From Candidatus Altiarchaeales archaeon (GTDB lineage Archaea > Altiarchaeota > Altiarchaeia > IMC4 > SCGC-AAA252-I15): 64,000 bases of DNA. Shown here piece after piece: positions 37,247-46,646 of the stretch. Below the pieces are notes generated by a model. The model was not told the origin of the DNA and did no database searches. It worked only from the letters and a program-made list of their open reading frames with translations. The translations under genes and the position numbers were made by a program. The stretch spans positions 384,001-448,000 of the forward strand of contig WJMO01000005.1 in NCBI GenBank assembly GCA_014727915.1, written 5' to 3'. Every line of letters begins with the position of its first letter. The stretch's first letter is position 1.

Positions 37247-38339
37247 GCTCCACCTCATAGCCTGCCCCCCTCAACGTCACCTTGACAGTGTTCCCGTCCA
37301 TGATGTTGAACACATCCACTCCCGCGTCGGATAGGATGTCCAAAGTCTCCGGTGACGGGTATTCCTTACGGTCCTTCCACGGAGTGACGACCGCCAGTTC
37401 AGGCCCTACCCTGGAGATGAACTCCTCAGTGTTAGCCTGCTTGGCCCCGTGCCGGGGCACCTTAAGGATGTCCGCTGACAGGTCTCCCTCCAAGCTCCCA
37501 AGGCATTCGCCGTCGCAGTCACCGGTCATGAGTATCGTGTTGTCGCTGTATGTCAGCTTGTACACCAGCGCGTTCTCGGTAACCCTGCCCGACGTCGGCT
37601 TTGTCTCGGCCGGGTGCAACACGGTCACGTCAACACCGTCGAATGAGAGCGTGTAACCCTCTGAAACGAGCGTGTGCTCGCTCAACTGCGCATAACCCCT
37701 GTATCTGACGTAAATGTTCCGGTCTGAGAGGGCCTCCTGGCCGGTGTCCAAAACGTTCACCACATCCATGGTGTCCATCAGCGTCCAACACCCCCCGTAG
37801 TCTTCGATGGTGGGCTGGCTCACCAGCAGGTAGTCAATCCGCTCGACACCGATGTCGTCCAGTATCCTCTTCAGCCTGTTCGCGCTGGGCCCGCAGTCCG
37901 TCAGCATCGTAGTGTTGGATGTGACGACCAACGTGCTGTCCCCGTAGCCCACGTCCAAGAAGTAAACATCCACCGTCGCCTCCAAGGTGGTCGAGGTCGT
38001 GGAAGTGGTGGTTGCCGTGGTCGAGGTCGATGGGGCGGCCTTTTGGGTGGTGGACTTGACAGCCTTCACAGTAGTGGAGGTCGCCGCCTCCACGGTCGTT
38101 GTGGTCGTGTCCGCCTCAAACAGGAAATCCGACTTCTTCAGGCATTTTATCAGCAGGTCCTGGTCCTCGATCTTCTCGCAGATTGTCGAGTTGCTGGAGT
38201 TAACCGCCTCGGTCATGTGGCATATGTCCCTCCAGTAGGTGTCGTTTATGCCATCGCAGGAGGAGACTTCGCCTCTCTCCTCCACTGTTACGCAACCGCA
38301 CAGGAGCGCCAGCAAAAGTATAGAAGCCCGGGCTTTCAC
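37227..38339 (-). CDS. ComEC/Rec2-like metallo-beta-lactamase-fold lipoprotein with degenerate metal site
   Basis: FLDVGYGDS, TDCG, LMTGD, ADILKVPRHG, YPSPETL; HxHxDH is replaced by QPTIEDY. Confidence 0.75.
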   Translation of the reverse strand: MKARASILLLALLCGCVTVEERGEVSSCDGINDTYWRDICHMTEAVNSSNSTICEKIEDQDLLIKCLKKSDFLFEADTTTTTVEAATSTTVKAVKSTTQKAAPSTSTTATTTSTTSTTLEATVDVYFLDVGYGDSTLVVTSNTTMLTDCGPSANRLKRILDDIGVERIDYLLVSQPTIEDYGGCWTLMDTMDVVNVLDTGQEALSDRNIYVRYRGYAQLSEHTLVSEGYTLSFDGVDVTVLHPAETKPTSGRVTENALVYKLTYSDNTILMTGDCDGECLGSLEGDLSADILKVPRHGAKQANTEEFISRVGPELAVVTPWKDRKEYPSPETLDILSDAGVDVFNIMDGNTVKVTLRGAGYEVEPNLLFS

Positions 38340-38417
38340 ATTACAGTATATGGTCGCGGTTTAATAATACCCCCCCAAACCGGTGCTTTTTTATTTGGGA
38401 GAACATAATTTGCTCTT

Positions 38418-38612
38418 ATGGGCTTGTTCGAACGTAACCTGACAGACCATGACAGGCTCGTCAGGGAGGCGGCCGGCTTCGCGGCCATGATAGTGGGTCT
38501 GTTCGCGATGTTCGTCTCCCCTATAGGGATAGCCATATGCCTGGTCGGCCTCTACTCGGTGGCTGAAGGCTACTATGGCGTTTCCGTATGGTCCAATTTG
38601 CGGAAAAAATGA
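38418..38612 (+). CDS. DUF2892/YgaP-like small membrane protein
   Basis: RNLTDHDRLVR followed by two TM segments. Confidence 0.6.
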   Translation: MGLFERNLTDHDRLVREAAGFAAMIVGLFAMFVSPIGIAICLVGLYSVAEGYYGVSVWSNLRKK

Positions 38613-39022
38613 AGGTTGCAGTCTTGTATTTCACTTTGACCGGGAACACGGGACGTGTCGCTGAGATTCTTGAGGATGATGACGTGGACCTGATCCAGGT
38701 GAAGGGCGGGTCCCGGCTGCTATCGCTCCTGGGCCTGGTGAGAAAGCCAAAGTTCGACGCTGTAAAATACGACCTGATCGTCGTCGGCTGCCCAGTATGG
38801 TATAAGAAGGCTGCTCCCCCGTTCGTGAAGGCCTTGAAGTCGATGGACTTCGGCGGCAAGCAGGTTAACGCCTTTATAACATATGCGTTGAAGGAGAAGT
38901 CGGCTTTGAAGGAGGTCATGAACGTCGTGAAGAAGAGGAACGGCTCCCCGGGGAGGACGGCGTCGTTCAACGTTTCCAAGGGATTGGAAGAGTCCGAGGT
39001 CCGGAAGCTGCTATCCTTCTGA
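38609..39022 (+). CDS. Flavodoxin-like protein
   Basis: YFTLTGNTGRVAE, YDLIVVGCPVW. Confidence 0.8.
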   Translation: MKVAVLYFTLTGNTGRVAEILEDDDVDLIQVKGGSRLLSLLGLVRKPKFDAVKYDLIVVGCPVWYKKAAPPFVKALKSMDFGGKQVNAFITYALKEKSALKEVMNVVKKRNGSPGRTASFNVSKGLEESEVRKLLSF

Positions 39023-39027
39023 CTGAT

Positions 39028-39480
39028 TTATCCCTTCTTCTTGAAGAAAAGCCAGTTCCTGGGGTTCCCGCCCATTCTCGTCTGCAACAGCACATAACCG
39101 CCTTTCAGCTTCTCGCCTCGCAGGTCCAGCACATACTTCCCCCTGCCTTCCTCCAAGGCCTCGAACGTCCCCATGTCCCATATCCTGACTTCTCCGCCGC
39201 CGTATTCTCCTTTGGGTATGGTGCCTTCGAAGGTGGCGTAGGCTAGGGGATGGTCTTCGGTCTCCACTGCAAGCCGTTTCACACCCGCGTCAGAGGGCGG
39301 TTCCTTCGGGAGGGCCCAGCTCTTCAGCACCCCGTTGAATTCCAGGCGGAGGTCCCAGTGGAGGTGGCTCGCATGGTGTTCTTGTATCGCATAAACCGGC
39401 CGGGGCAGGTCCACTTCGTCATCGAACGGTTCTGTCGTCTTCCCCGGGTCTCGCTTGCTCCGGTACTCCTCCAATAGCAT
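39028..39480 (-). CDS. Stand-alone LigD 3'-phosphoesterase domain protein
   Basis: EYRSKRD...TTEP, IQEHHASHLHWDLRLE, LKSWALPK, KRLAVETEDHP, YGGGEVRIWD. Confidence 0.92.
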   Translation of the reverse strand: MLLEEYRSKRDPGKTTEPFDDEVDLPRPVYAIQEHHASHLHWDLRLEFNGVLKSWALPKEPPSDAGVKRLAVETEDHPLAYATFEGTIPKGEYGGGEVRIWDMGTFEALEEGRGKYVLDLRGEKLKGGYVLLQTRMGGNPRNWLFFKKKG

Positions 39481-39523
39481 CGTTTAAAATATGCCGGTTT
39501 TAAATAAATTACAGGTGTTGGAT

Positions 39524-40270
39524 GTGTCTGTTGAATATGAGATCATTGGGGATGACATGCAGGCTGTCATCTTCAAGTTGAAGAACGGGGAGAGGATAAG
39601 GGCCGAGGCCGGGGCGATGATGCTGATGGACGCTAGCATAAGGATGGAGACGACCACAGGCGGGGGCATAATGCAGGGTTTGAAGCGGGTGCTGACCCGG
39701 GAGAGCTTCTTCATACCTCATTTCGAGTGCACGGGCCCGGAGGGGGAGGTCGGCTTCAGCGGCCCTTTCCCGGGCAAGATCGTGGCTTTGGACGTGGGAG
39801 GGGGCAGGAGCATACTCTGCCAGAAGGACAGCTACCTCTGCTCCACCGACCGTGTGGATGTTAGCATCGGATTCACCAAGAAGTTGGGCGCGGGCTTCTT
39901 CGGCGGCGAGGGATTCATATTGCAGAAATTGGAGGGTGAGGGTCAGGTGTTCGTCCACGCCGGCGGCACGGTGATAGAGCGGGTGCTGCAGGCGGGCGAG
40001 GAGCTGCGGGTTGACACGGGTTGTCTCGTGGCGTTTGACGACTCGGTCCAGTATGACATCAAGTTTATCGGCGGCGTCAGGAACGTGTTGTTCGGCGGGG
40101 AGGGCCTGTTCTTCGCGTTGTTGCGGGGCCCGGGCAAGGTGTTGATTCAGACGCTGCCTTTCAGCAGGTTGGCTGACCGTGTGATCTCCGCTAGCAGGCT
40201 TGCCGGCGGCGGGGGCCGTGGTGAAGTAGGCGGTTTGCGCAGCGTCTTCGGCGGTGACAAGGGCTTCTAG
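39524..40270 (+). CDS. TIGR00266/AIM24 family protein
   Basis: EAGAMM, ESFF, FFGGEGFILQK, VDTGCLVAF, FGGEGLF, QTLP. Start uncertain (39491-39524). Confidence 0.9.
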   Translation: MSVEYEIIGDDMQAVIFKLKNGERIRAEAGAMMLMDASIRMETTTGGGIMQGLKRVLTRESFFIPHFECTGPEGEVGFSGPFPGKIVALDVGGGRSILCQKDSYLCSTDRVDVSIGFTKKLGAGFFGGEGFILQKLEGEGQVFVHAGGTVIERVLQAGEELRVDTGCLVAFDDSVQYDIKFIGGVRNVLFGGEGLFFALLRGPGKVLIQTLPFSRLADRVISASRLAGGGGRGEVGGLRSVFGGDKGF

Positions 40271-41127
40271 TCCCAGAAGAGGAGGAAATCCCACACTTTC
40301 GCCATTAGTTCTATCGTTATGTCCAGTGGAGTCTTGAACAATAGCTTCCCCAACAGTCCAGGTTCCGGCTGGGTGGTGCTGGTGGTTGTCGTTACCGTGG
40401 TCGCTGTCGTGGTCGTGGCTTTGACTGTCGTCGTCGTGGGCGCCCGGGTGGTGGTAGTCCTCCTCTGAGTCGTTGTCGTGCTCCTGTCTGTGGTGGTTGT
40501 CGCCCGCTGGGTGGTGGTTGTGGTGGAATCCTTCAAGGTCGTGGTAGTGGTGGTGGGTATGCACCTCCTACCCCCGTCTTGGAGGTAGTCTTCGTCGCAG
40601 TATTCGTCGTCCTTGCACTCGTCGTAGGGGTCGTCGTCCCGGTCGTCATCGTCTTCCCTGCACTCGTGTTCGTCATCGCATATGAAATGGATGAAATACC
40701 TCCACACGTCGCCCCTGTAGCACCTGTACTCGGTATCGTCGTCGCAGTCGTCGTCGTCCGCGCACTCCCAGTCATCTCCCATAGTGGTCGTAGTGGTTGA
40801 ATCTGTGGTCGTGGTGGTCGTGGCTATAGTCGTCGTGGTCGAGTTGGCTTGTAATGTTGTGCTCGTGGGAGCTACTGTTGTTGTTGTCGCGTTCACCAGG
40901 GTGGTGGTTGTGGGTGGCTGGGTAGTGGTTGTCTGATCCGGTAGTGTTGTAGTAGTCGGAGCCAATGTCGTTGTCGGTGCTAGCGTGGTCGTGGGTGCTA
41001 GCGTGGTCGTGGGTGCTAGCGTGGTCGTGGGTGCTAGCGTGGTCGTGGTCTGGTTGGTTTGTCCAGCAGAGTATGTTGAAAAGAGAACTAACACCAACGC
41101 TGCCATTGACATCCTTCCCACTTTCAT
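40267..41127 (-). CDS. Secreted Thr-rich (mucin-like) protein with central Asp/Cys-rich domain
   Basis: Signal peptide, TTTLAP repeats, ECADDDDC...CYRG...CDDEHEC domain, second Thr tract. Confidence 0.8.
   Translation of the reverse strand: MKVGRMSMAALVLVLFSTYSAGQTNQTTTTLAPTTTLAPTTTLAPTTTLAPTTTLAPTTTTLPDQTTTTQPPTTTTLVNATTTTVAPTSTTLQANSTTTTIATTTTTTDSTTTTTMGDDWECADDDDCDDDTEYRCYRGDVWRYFIHFICDDEHECREDDDDRDDDPYDECKDDEYCDEDYLQDGGRRCIPTTTTTTLKDSTTTTTQRATTTTDRSTTTTQRRTTTTRAPTTTTVKATTTTATTVTTTTSTTQPEPGLLGKLLFKTPLDITIELMAKVWDFLLFWD
40976..41047. repeat. Four perfect tandem copies of 18-bp GGTGCTAGCGTGGTCGTG (encodes TTTLAP), plus a degenerate fifth
   Basis: Read directly from the sequence. Confidence 0.95.
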
Positions 41128-41226
41128 CTTTGAGTTATTCGGGTTATTCGGTTAAAAACTTCCAAACCCTCTGCCAATAATTATTTTGATTTTTTTATAA
41201 ATTATTACAACTTTTATTTCAATAGT

Positions 41227-41892
41227 TTATAATCCATTGCGTGGGCAGATGTGTTTGACCTGGCATTCGTCGCATCTGGGCTTGCGCGCCCGGCAAACCG
41301 CCCGGCCGTGCTCGACGAACACCCGGTTCACGCTGCTCCAATCCCCCCGGGGATATGCGTCCATGAGGTCCCTTTCGATCTTCACCGGATCAGTGTTACC
41401 TGTCAAACCCATCCGGTAGGACAGCCTCTTCACGTGGGTGTCCACGGCGATGCCCTCCACCCTGTCAAAGGCGGCGAACAACACGATGTTAGCAGTCTTC
41501 CTCGCGACACCCGGGAGCGTGAGAAGATCATCCATCGTGTCCGGAACCTCACCCCCATACTCCTCGACTATCCTTCCTGCAGCGCCCCGTATGTTCTTGG
41601 CCTTGTTCCTGTAGAACCCCGTGCTCCTGATATCCTTCTCCAAATCCTCCTGCCGCGCATTCGCATAGTCCTCTGCAGTCCGGTACTTCCGGAACAATTC
41701 CCTGGTCACGACGTTCACCCTGGCGTCAGTGCACTGAGCGGACAATATGGTGGCGACTAGCATCTCCAACGGCGTCCTATGCTCCAACGCGGTCTTCGGA
41801 GCCCTGGGATACACCCTCTTCAGCACAGCCAGTATCTCCCCCGCATGGTCAGGGGATGGTGCAGCAGCACCCGTCGATGTAGATTTCATCAT
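41227..41892 (-). CDS. nth: Endonuclease III
   Basis: LVATILSAQCTD, GFYRNKAKNI, LPGVARKTAN, VDTHVKR, CRARKPRCDECQVKHIC. Start uncertain. Confidence 0.95.
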   Translation of the reverse strand: MMKSTSTGAAAPSPDHAGEILAVLKRVYPRAPKTALEHRTPLEMLVATILSAQCTDARVNVVTRELFRKYRTAEDYANARQEDLEKDIRSTGFYRNKAKNIRGAAGRIVEEYGGEVPDTMDDLLTLPGVARKTANIVLFAAFDRVEGIAVDTHVKRLSYRMGLTGNTDPVKIERDLMDAYPRGDWSSVNRVFVEHGRAVCRARKPRCDECQVKHICPRNGL

Positions 41893-43279
41893 AAGAACAG
41901 TCGCTTTGGCTGTGGACCTTACGGCCTGCAGAATACTGACCCCACTGGCAGAACTCCTCGCAGTCCTGGTCAGTGTAATCCGGGATGCACCTGCACTCGC
42001 TACTCTGTTGCATGCACCAGCTGCCGCTGCTGCAGCTGCCACCGCAGTATGGGTATGTGACCTGGCAGGGAACAGCCAAGACGGTCGTAGGGGGACTCAT
42101 GGTCGTGGTCACCCTAACAGTGGTCGTAGTGGCCCTCAATGTGGTGGTCGACGATGTGGGAACGCACTCGCACATGGCCAGTCTCTTACCCACACCCGCG
42201 ATATACGTGCACTTCTGCCCCCGGGGGCAGATGCCGCCGGCGCAGGTCTTCGTGAAACCCGGCAGCACGAGGTTGCACGGCTTGCCAGGCTGGGTGGTCG
42301 ATGTGGTGGTCGTCGCATACAATGGGCCGAGGCAGAGGCACTCGCACGGCCCCCTCTCATCCTCTCCAAGGCAGCAACCGTCGCAGCCCCGGTATATGCA
42401 CCCCAGCCGGTCCCCCCTGTTGGAGGCGTCCGGGCATACAGCATGGCTGTTCTGCCAGACATCGCAGAGGCCGTCGACCGCGTAGAACCTCGGGTTGGCG
42501 CCCCTCGGGTAGTCCGCCCTGCACCTTTCAGGGCAGTTGACGTCTTCGCAGGGGTCGCCGGCATCCGGTACCGTTGTAGTCGTTGAATCCCCGTCTCCCC
42601 CCTCTATTGTGATGCAGCAGCATTCGCTGGGGTCGCAGTCCCCGTCGCCCAACGGCACGTGCGTGAACCCGTCCGGGCACGGCTCAAAGCAGAGGTGTGA
42701 CGTGTATCCACTGTCCTCGCACGCGTCCTTGCAGGTTATCAGGCTTGAGTTCACGCATTTCGCGTTCACGCAGGTCTCCCACTCCTCGCATCTGTCGTAG
42801 GCTTCGATGTCCGACTTCATGGTGCACGTTGCATCCGGCTTGCCCGGCCTGCTGCACCTGGGCTTCTCAACGTATGTCACGACGTTACCCCGGTAGCATT
42901 TCAGGTAGCTGGTCTCCTCCCCGCAGTCCTTGTGCATACGGCATGCGATAGTAGTGGACGTCGTAGTCGGCTCTGGCAGGGTTGAGTCGGTGGTGGTTGT
43001 TAAGCTTGATGACGTGGCCGGCACCGCCTTAACAGTCGAGGTCGTCTGCAGCGTAGATGTCGAAACGGTTATGGCGGTCTCCTCGTCGTCACAGACCCTG
43101 TTGCTGTTTATGTCCAGGCAGCATTCCTCCCCCTTCTGGAGGTATGGGGGGTTGCATACGAACGATTCCTCCCTGTCCGGCGGTGTGACCTCGATGCCGA
43201 GGGGCTCGCATAGGCACCCTGAGAGGAGCAGGAGGGACAGTAGGACTAGCATTGATATCAAATGATGCCTGGCCCTCAT
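41849..43279 (-). CDS. Cys-rich, Thr-linker lipoprotein
   Basis: LLLSGCL lipobox-like motif; CNPPY...CCLDINSNRVCD module; multiple Cys clusters separated by Thr tracts. Confidence 0.75.
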   Translation of the reverse strand: MRARHHLISMLVLLSLLLLSGCLCEPLGIEVTPPDREESFVCNPPYLQKGEECCLDINSNRVCDDEETAITVSTSTLQTTSTVKAVPATSSSLTTTTDSTLPEPTTTSTTIACRMHKDCGEETSYLKCYRGNVVTYVEKPRCSRPGKPDATCTMKSDIEAYDRCEEWETCVNAKCVNSSLITCKDACEDSGYTSHLCFEPCPDGFTHVPLGDGDCDPSECCCITIEGGDGDSTTTTVPDAGDPCEDVNCPERCRADYPRGANPRFYAVDGLCDVWQNSHAVCPDASNRGDRLGCIYRGCDGCCLGEDERGPCECLCLGPLYATTTTSTTQPGKPCNLVLPGFTKTCAGGICPRGQKCTYIAGVGKRLAMCECVPTSSTTTLRATTTTVRVTTTMSPPTTVLAVPCQVTYPYCGGSCSSGSWCMQQSSECRCIPDYTDQDCEEFCQWGQYSAGRKVHSQSDCSYDEIYIDGCCCTIP

Positions 43280-43660
43280 ACGATATAAGTATTCGATGTG
43301 GGATTTAAAACTTGGGAGAGGGATTAGAAGCAGTGTGCCATAGGGTCAGGTAGGGTTTTTACGCCCACCTTCCTTGCGGAAGATATCCCTGATGCACCAT
43401 CTTGCGTAAGCTTAATGGGTTTCTTGACACCACATCACTCCTGAGAGCGTTCAACCAGGTTGAACCGATAACCTCCTATGCGGCTATCAATGGGATGTCC
43501 TTTTCAGGGTATTACCTGATTTCCCCGCACAAAAATTTGCGTATTACTACATATGATGTGCTCATATAAATACTTATCGATTGTCGTGTACATTCTTGTG
43601 CACTCAAACATGGTTTTTTTCAATTATTTAGAAAATCACCCAATAGATACTGGTAAAAAA

Positions 43661-45979
43661 TTGAATTCCAAACATAAACTGTTCCTGGTGATGTCGATCG
43701 TTGCATTCGCTCAACTGGCAGTATCACAGCTTACCGTAGACCTGAACACACCAGTTGACGGCGGGAACGTATCGGACACGTCAGTCACCTTCAACTGCAC
43801 GGCATACTCCCCAGGCCCCGGCCTAGAGAACGTTACCCTGTACTTCTCAACCATTGGCGCGGGAATAACCCAGACGGCATATTTCCAGGACGATAGGGAC
43901 GGGTACACGGGAACCAGGGACGCTACCATAAAGGAGGGAGACCCGGACAACAACTACGAGACGGAGGCTCCATTGTACGTTGACGGCTCCACGCCGTCAG
44001 GTTATGAGAACTGGGCTCTGATGAAGTTCGACATATCCTCGATACCCTCCTACGCCACAGTAACCGGGGTCAACCTGTCAGTGTACATCGTGGACCAGGG
44101 CGACGCCTACGCATTCTACCAGGTCAAGCGGGACTGGGTCGAGTCTGAAGTCACCTATAACGAGTACTCTTCCGGGAACAGCTGGGAGACAGCGGGGGCC
44201 AAGGGTGCGAATGACATTGGCTCGACTGTGTTGGCAAGACTGCCCGGAACCGGCTATTCCGGGAACCAGACCATACAATTCAACCCGGACGGTATCGCCC
44301 TCGTCCAGGACTGGGTGGACGGCACGACCAGCAACTATGGCTTCATAATAGTGAACGTATCAATGACTGGCGGGACCGACATAGCATCGAGCGAGGGAGA
44401 CACGGAGAGGCACCCCGTCCTGGCCGTGACATACCAGTATGGGATCTCATGGCATGCCAACGAGACCAAATCCGCATCCGGCGCCGAGGACAATTTACTC
44501 TTCACCAAGACGCTCACAGACAACGTCGGATACGAGTGGAACTGCCTGGCTGTTGACACGCCAAACGCACAGAACTTCTCCATATCCAACTATACCTTCT
44601 CACTGAACACGAGCTTCATACCCGGCTACCCGAACAGCCCCCAACTGATCTATCCCCCAGACGGGTCTTTCCTATCGACGACGGACGTGCTGTTGAACGT
44701 GACAGTCGACGAACCGGAGGCTGGAGGCTTGGACGTCACATTCTACGGCCGGAACGTCTCGGAAAACTTCACCATGATCGCTTTGCCAGACACCCAAAAC
44801 TACGTCGAATACGAGGCTAACGCGCCGATATTCACAAACCAGACCCAGTGGATAGCCCAGCACTACAGCGACATGAACATAAAGATGGTATTGCACGAAG
44901 GCGATGTCGGAGACCACTGGAACTCGGACACGGAATACGTCCGCGCCAACACGAGCCTTTCAGTCCTCGACAACCACGACATACCCTACAGTGTGGTGCC
45001 CGGCAACCACGACCACGAAGGGGACACGGACAGCTCAACAGCCTACTATAACACCTACTTCCCCGTCTCCCGCTATGAGGGAGAGAGCTGGTGGGGAGGC
45101 AACTACAGCGGTAACGACAACAACTACCAGCTGATGACCATCAACGGCATGGACTTCATATTCCTGAGCCTTGACGTCTGCCCGTCAGACGACGAGATAC
45201 GATGGGCCAACGAGACATTCGAGGCATACCCCGACAGGAGGGGCATACTTACCACACACGCCTACTTGGACTCCAGCGGGGGCAGGACGCCCCACTACTG
45301 CTCGAACACCCAGTACATCTGGGACGACCTCATACGCCACCATGACAACCTCCAGATAGTCCTCTGCGGCCATGTACACTCTGAAAAACGGAGGACAGAC
45401 GACAACCTCGCGGGTAACCCTGTCCATCAGATGCTGGCAGACTACCAGGACCTGTCGAACGGCGGTAACGGCTATCTGAGGATCCTCACGTTCTCTCCAG
45501 CCGACGACACCATCTACGTGAAGACATATTCCCCCTACCTCGAACAATATGACACGGACTCTGAGAGCGAGTTCACCCTGGCCTACACGATGTCGAACGG
45601 CTACGCGGACCTAGGCGGCATCGTCGGCGTGGAAAGCGGGTCACACGCCAACATCACATGGTCGGAGCCCTGGGAGGACACCACCTACCAGTGGTTCGTA
45701 AGCGTGGTCGACGACGAATCCAAGATGACCAACTCTACCGTCTGGTCCTTCAACATAGACAATCTCATATGCACGGGCAGGGACTACACGGGAACAGGCA
45801 ACTGGGACGTGACATCGGACAACAGCTGCCTTGACACGGACATATCCGTGCAAGGGCTGCTGAACGTGAACAACTCGCTACTATCCGTGAATGGGCTCAC
45901 AATATCGCTCAACAATCCGATGCTCCGATTGAACGGTGGTCAGATCTCACTGGCTGACTCCGTCCTCGCATTCCCCTAA
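43661..45979 (+). CDS. Secreted calcineurin-like metallophosphoesterase with DNRLRE/CBM96-like and Ig-like domains
   Basis: LPDTQNY, HEGDV, PGNHD, TTHAYL, LCGH; DATI...NNY...ALMKFDISSIP...NYGF. Start uncertain. Confidence 0.75.
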   Translation: MNSKHKLFLVMSIVAFAQLAVSQLTVDLNTPVDGGNVSDTSVTFNCTAYSPGPGLENVTLYFSTIGAGITQTAYFQDDRDGYTGTRDATIKEGDPDNNYETEAPLYVDGSTPSGYENWALMKFDISSIPSYATVTGVNLSVYIVDQGDAYAFYQVKRDWVESEVTYNEYSSGNSWETAGAKGANDIGSTVLARLPGTGYSGNQTIQFNPDGIALVQDWVDGTTSNYGFIIVNVSMTGGTDIASSEGDTERHPVLAVTYQYGISWHANETKSASGAEDNLLFTKTLTDNVGYEWNCLAVDTPNAQNFSISNYTFSLNTSFIPGYPNSPQLIYPPDGSFLSTTDVLLNVTVDEPEAGGLDVTFYGRNVSENFTMIALPDTQNYVEYEANAPIFTNQTQWIAQHYSDMNIKMVLHEGDVGDHWNSDTEYVRANTSLSVLDNHDIPYSVVPGNHDHEGDTDSSTAYYNTYFPVSRYEGESWWGGNYSGNDNNYQLMTINGMDFIFLSLDVCPSDDEIRWANETFEAYPDRRGILTTHAYLDSSGGRTPHYCSNTQYIWDDLIRHHDNLQIVLCGHVHSEKRRTDDNLAGNPVHQMLADYQDLSNGGNGYLRILTFSPADDTIYVKTYSPYLEQYDTDSESEFTLAYTMSNGYADLGGIVGVESGSHANITWSEPWEDTTYQWFVSVVDDESKMTNSTVWSFNIDNLICTGRDYTGTGNWDVTSDNSCLDTDISVQGLLNVNNSLLSVNGLTISLNNPMLRLNGGQISLADSVLAFP

Positions 45980-45990
45980 AAAGGACTATT

Positions 45991-46251
45991 TCAGAACATG
46001 TCAGGGGTTTTCCCCGCTGCTTTCACAACGCCCACGACGACTCCAGCGTCCAGCCATCCCTCAGCGTACTCCAAAGCTGCGAAGGCATTCACGTATTCTC
46101 CGTTGTCGCGGAAGTGGAGTGCGTCTTTGTAGTATCTTAATGCGCTGTCCCTGACCTTCTCCCCTCGCTCGTCCAGGGACTCTATGTTGTTGAAGGATGA
46201 TTCGGCCTTCTCCAGGTATCTCTCCAGCCGCTCTCTCAGCTCACTTGTCAT
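45991..46251 (-). CDS. DUF357 family protein
   Basis: YYKDALHF...VNAFAALEYAEGWLDAG. Confidence 0.85.
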   Translation of the reverse strand: MTSELRERLERYLEKAESSFNNIESLDERGEKVRDSALRYYKDALHFRDNGEYVNAFAALEYAEGWLDAGVVVGVVKAAGKTPDMF

Positions 46252-46552
46252 GTTGTTCCAGGATACGATCGTGTAAGGTGGCCTCCTCCTGGACTACGGT
46301 CTTGCCGGCGGCCACCTCGTCAATGCTGTGGATGGTGGCGCCGATGTCCATGACAATCTTCTTGATGTTGTTTATGTCAGGGAACTTCCCCTCCACAGTC
46401 ACCTTGACGTTCTCCACCCTCTGGTCTATCTCGTAGACGCTGATGTTAACGCCCTCTATACCGTCCACTTCCGCTATGTTCTTGGCCAATACCGTTATGT
46501 TGGGGTCGTGGGGCTTGAGCACGTCCAACACCACACGTCGAAGCTCTATCAT
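46241..46552 (-). CDS. DUF211 family protein
   Basis: RRVVLDVLKPHDP...GATIHSIDEVAAG. Confidence 0.85.
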   Translation of the reverse strand: MIELRRVVLDVLKPHDPNITVLAKNIAEVDGIEGVNISVYEIDQRVENVKVTVEGKFPDINNIKKIVMDIGATIHSIDEVAAGKTVVQEEATLHDRILEQHDK

Positions 46553-46646
46553 TTTGGATTAGATTACACATCCCTCCTTAAATATGATGCGCTGGTATTT
46601 TTACCATTGAGGACATAAATAAACCCAGACCATCGGAGGAGAGCGG

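Noticed and set aside
39509-40564. 351-aa His-rich ORF on the minus strand
   Set aside because: A frame-shifted reading of ACC/ACG Thr codons plus the antisense of AIM24; a shadow ORF.
40380-41047. CRISPR-like or satellite repeats
   Set aside because: In-frame Thr codon repeats without spacers; no cas genes.
41747-42586. Long plus-strand ORFs antisense to nth and the Cys-rich lipoprotein, and many similar antisense ORFs window-wide
   Set aside because: Expected shadows of high-GC3 coding strands; no family motifs.
31004-43279. Integrated element at tRNA-Arg
   Set aside because: No integrase, no duplicated tRNA 3' end noticed, and housekeeping-type genes are interspersed.
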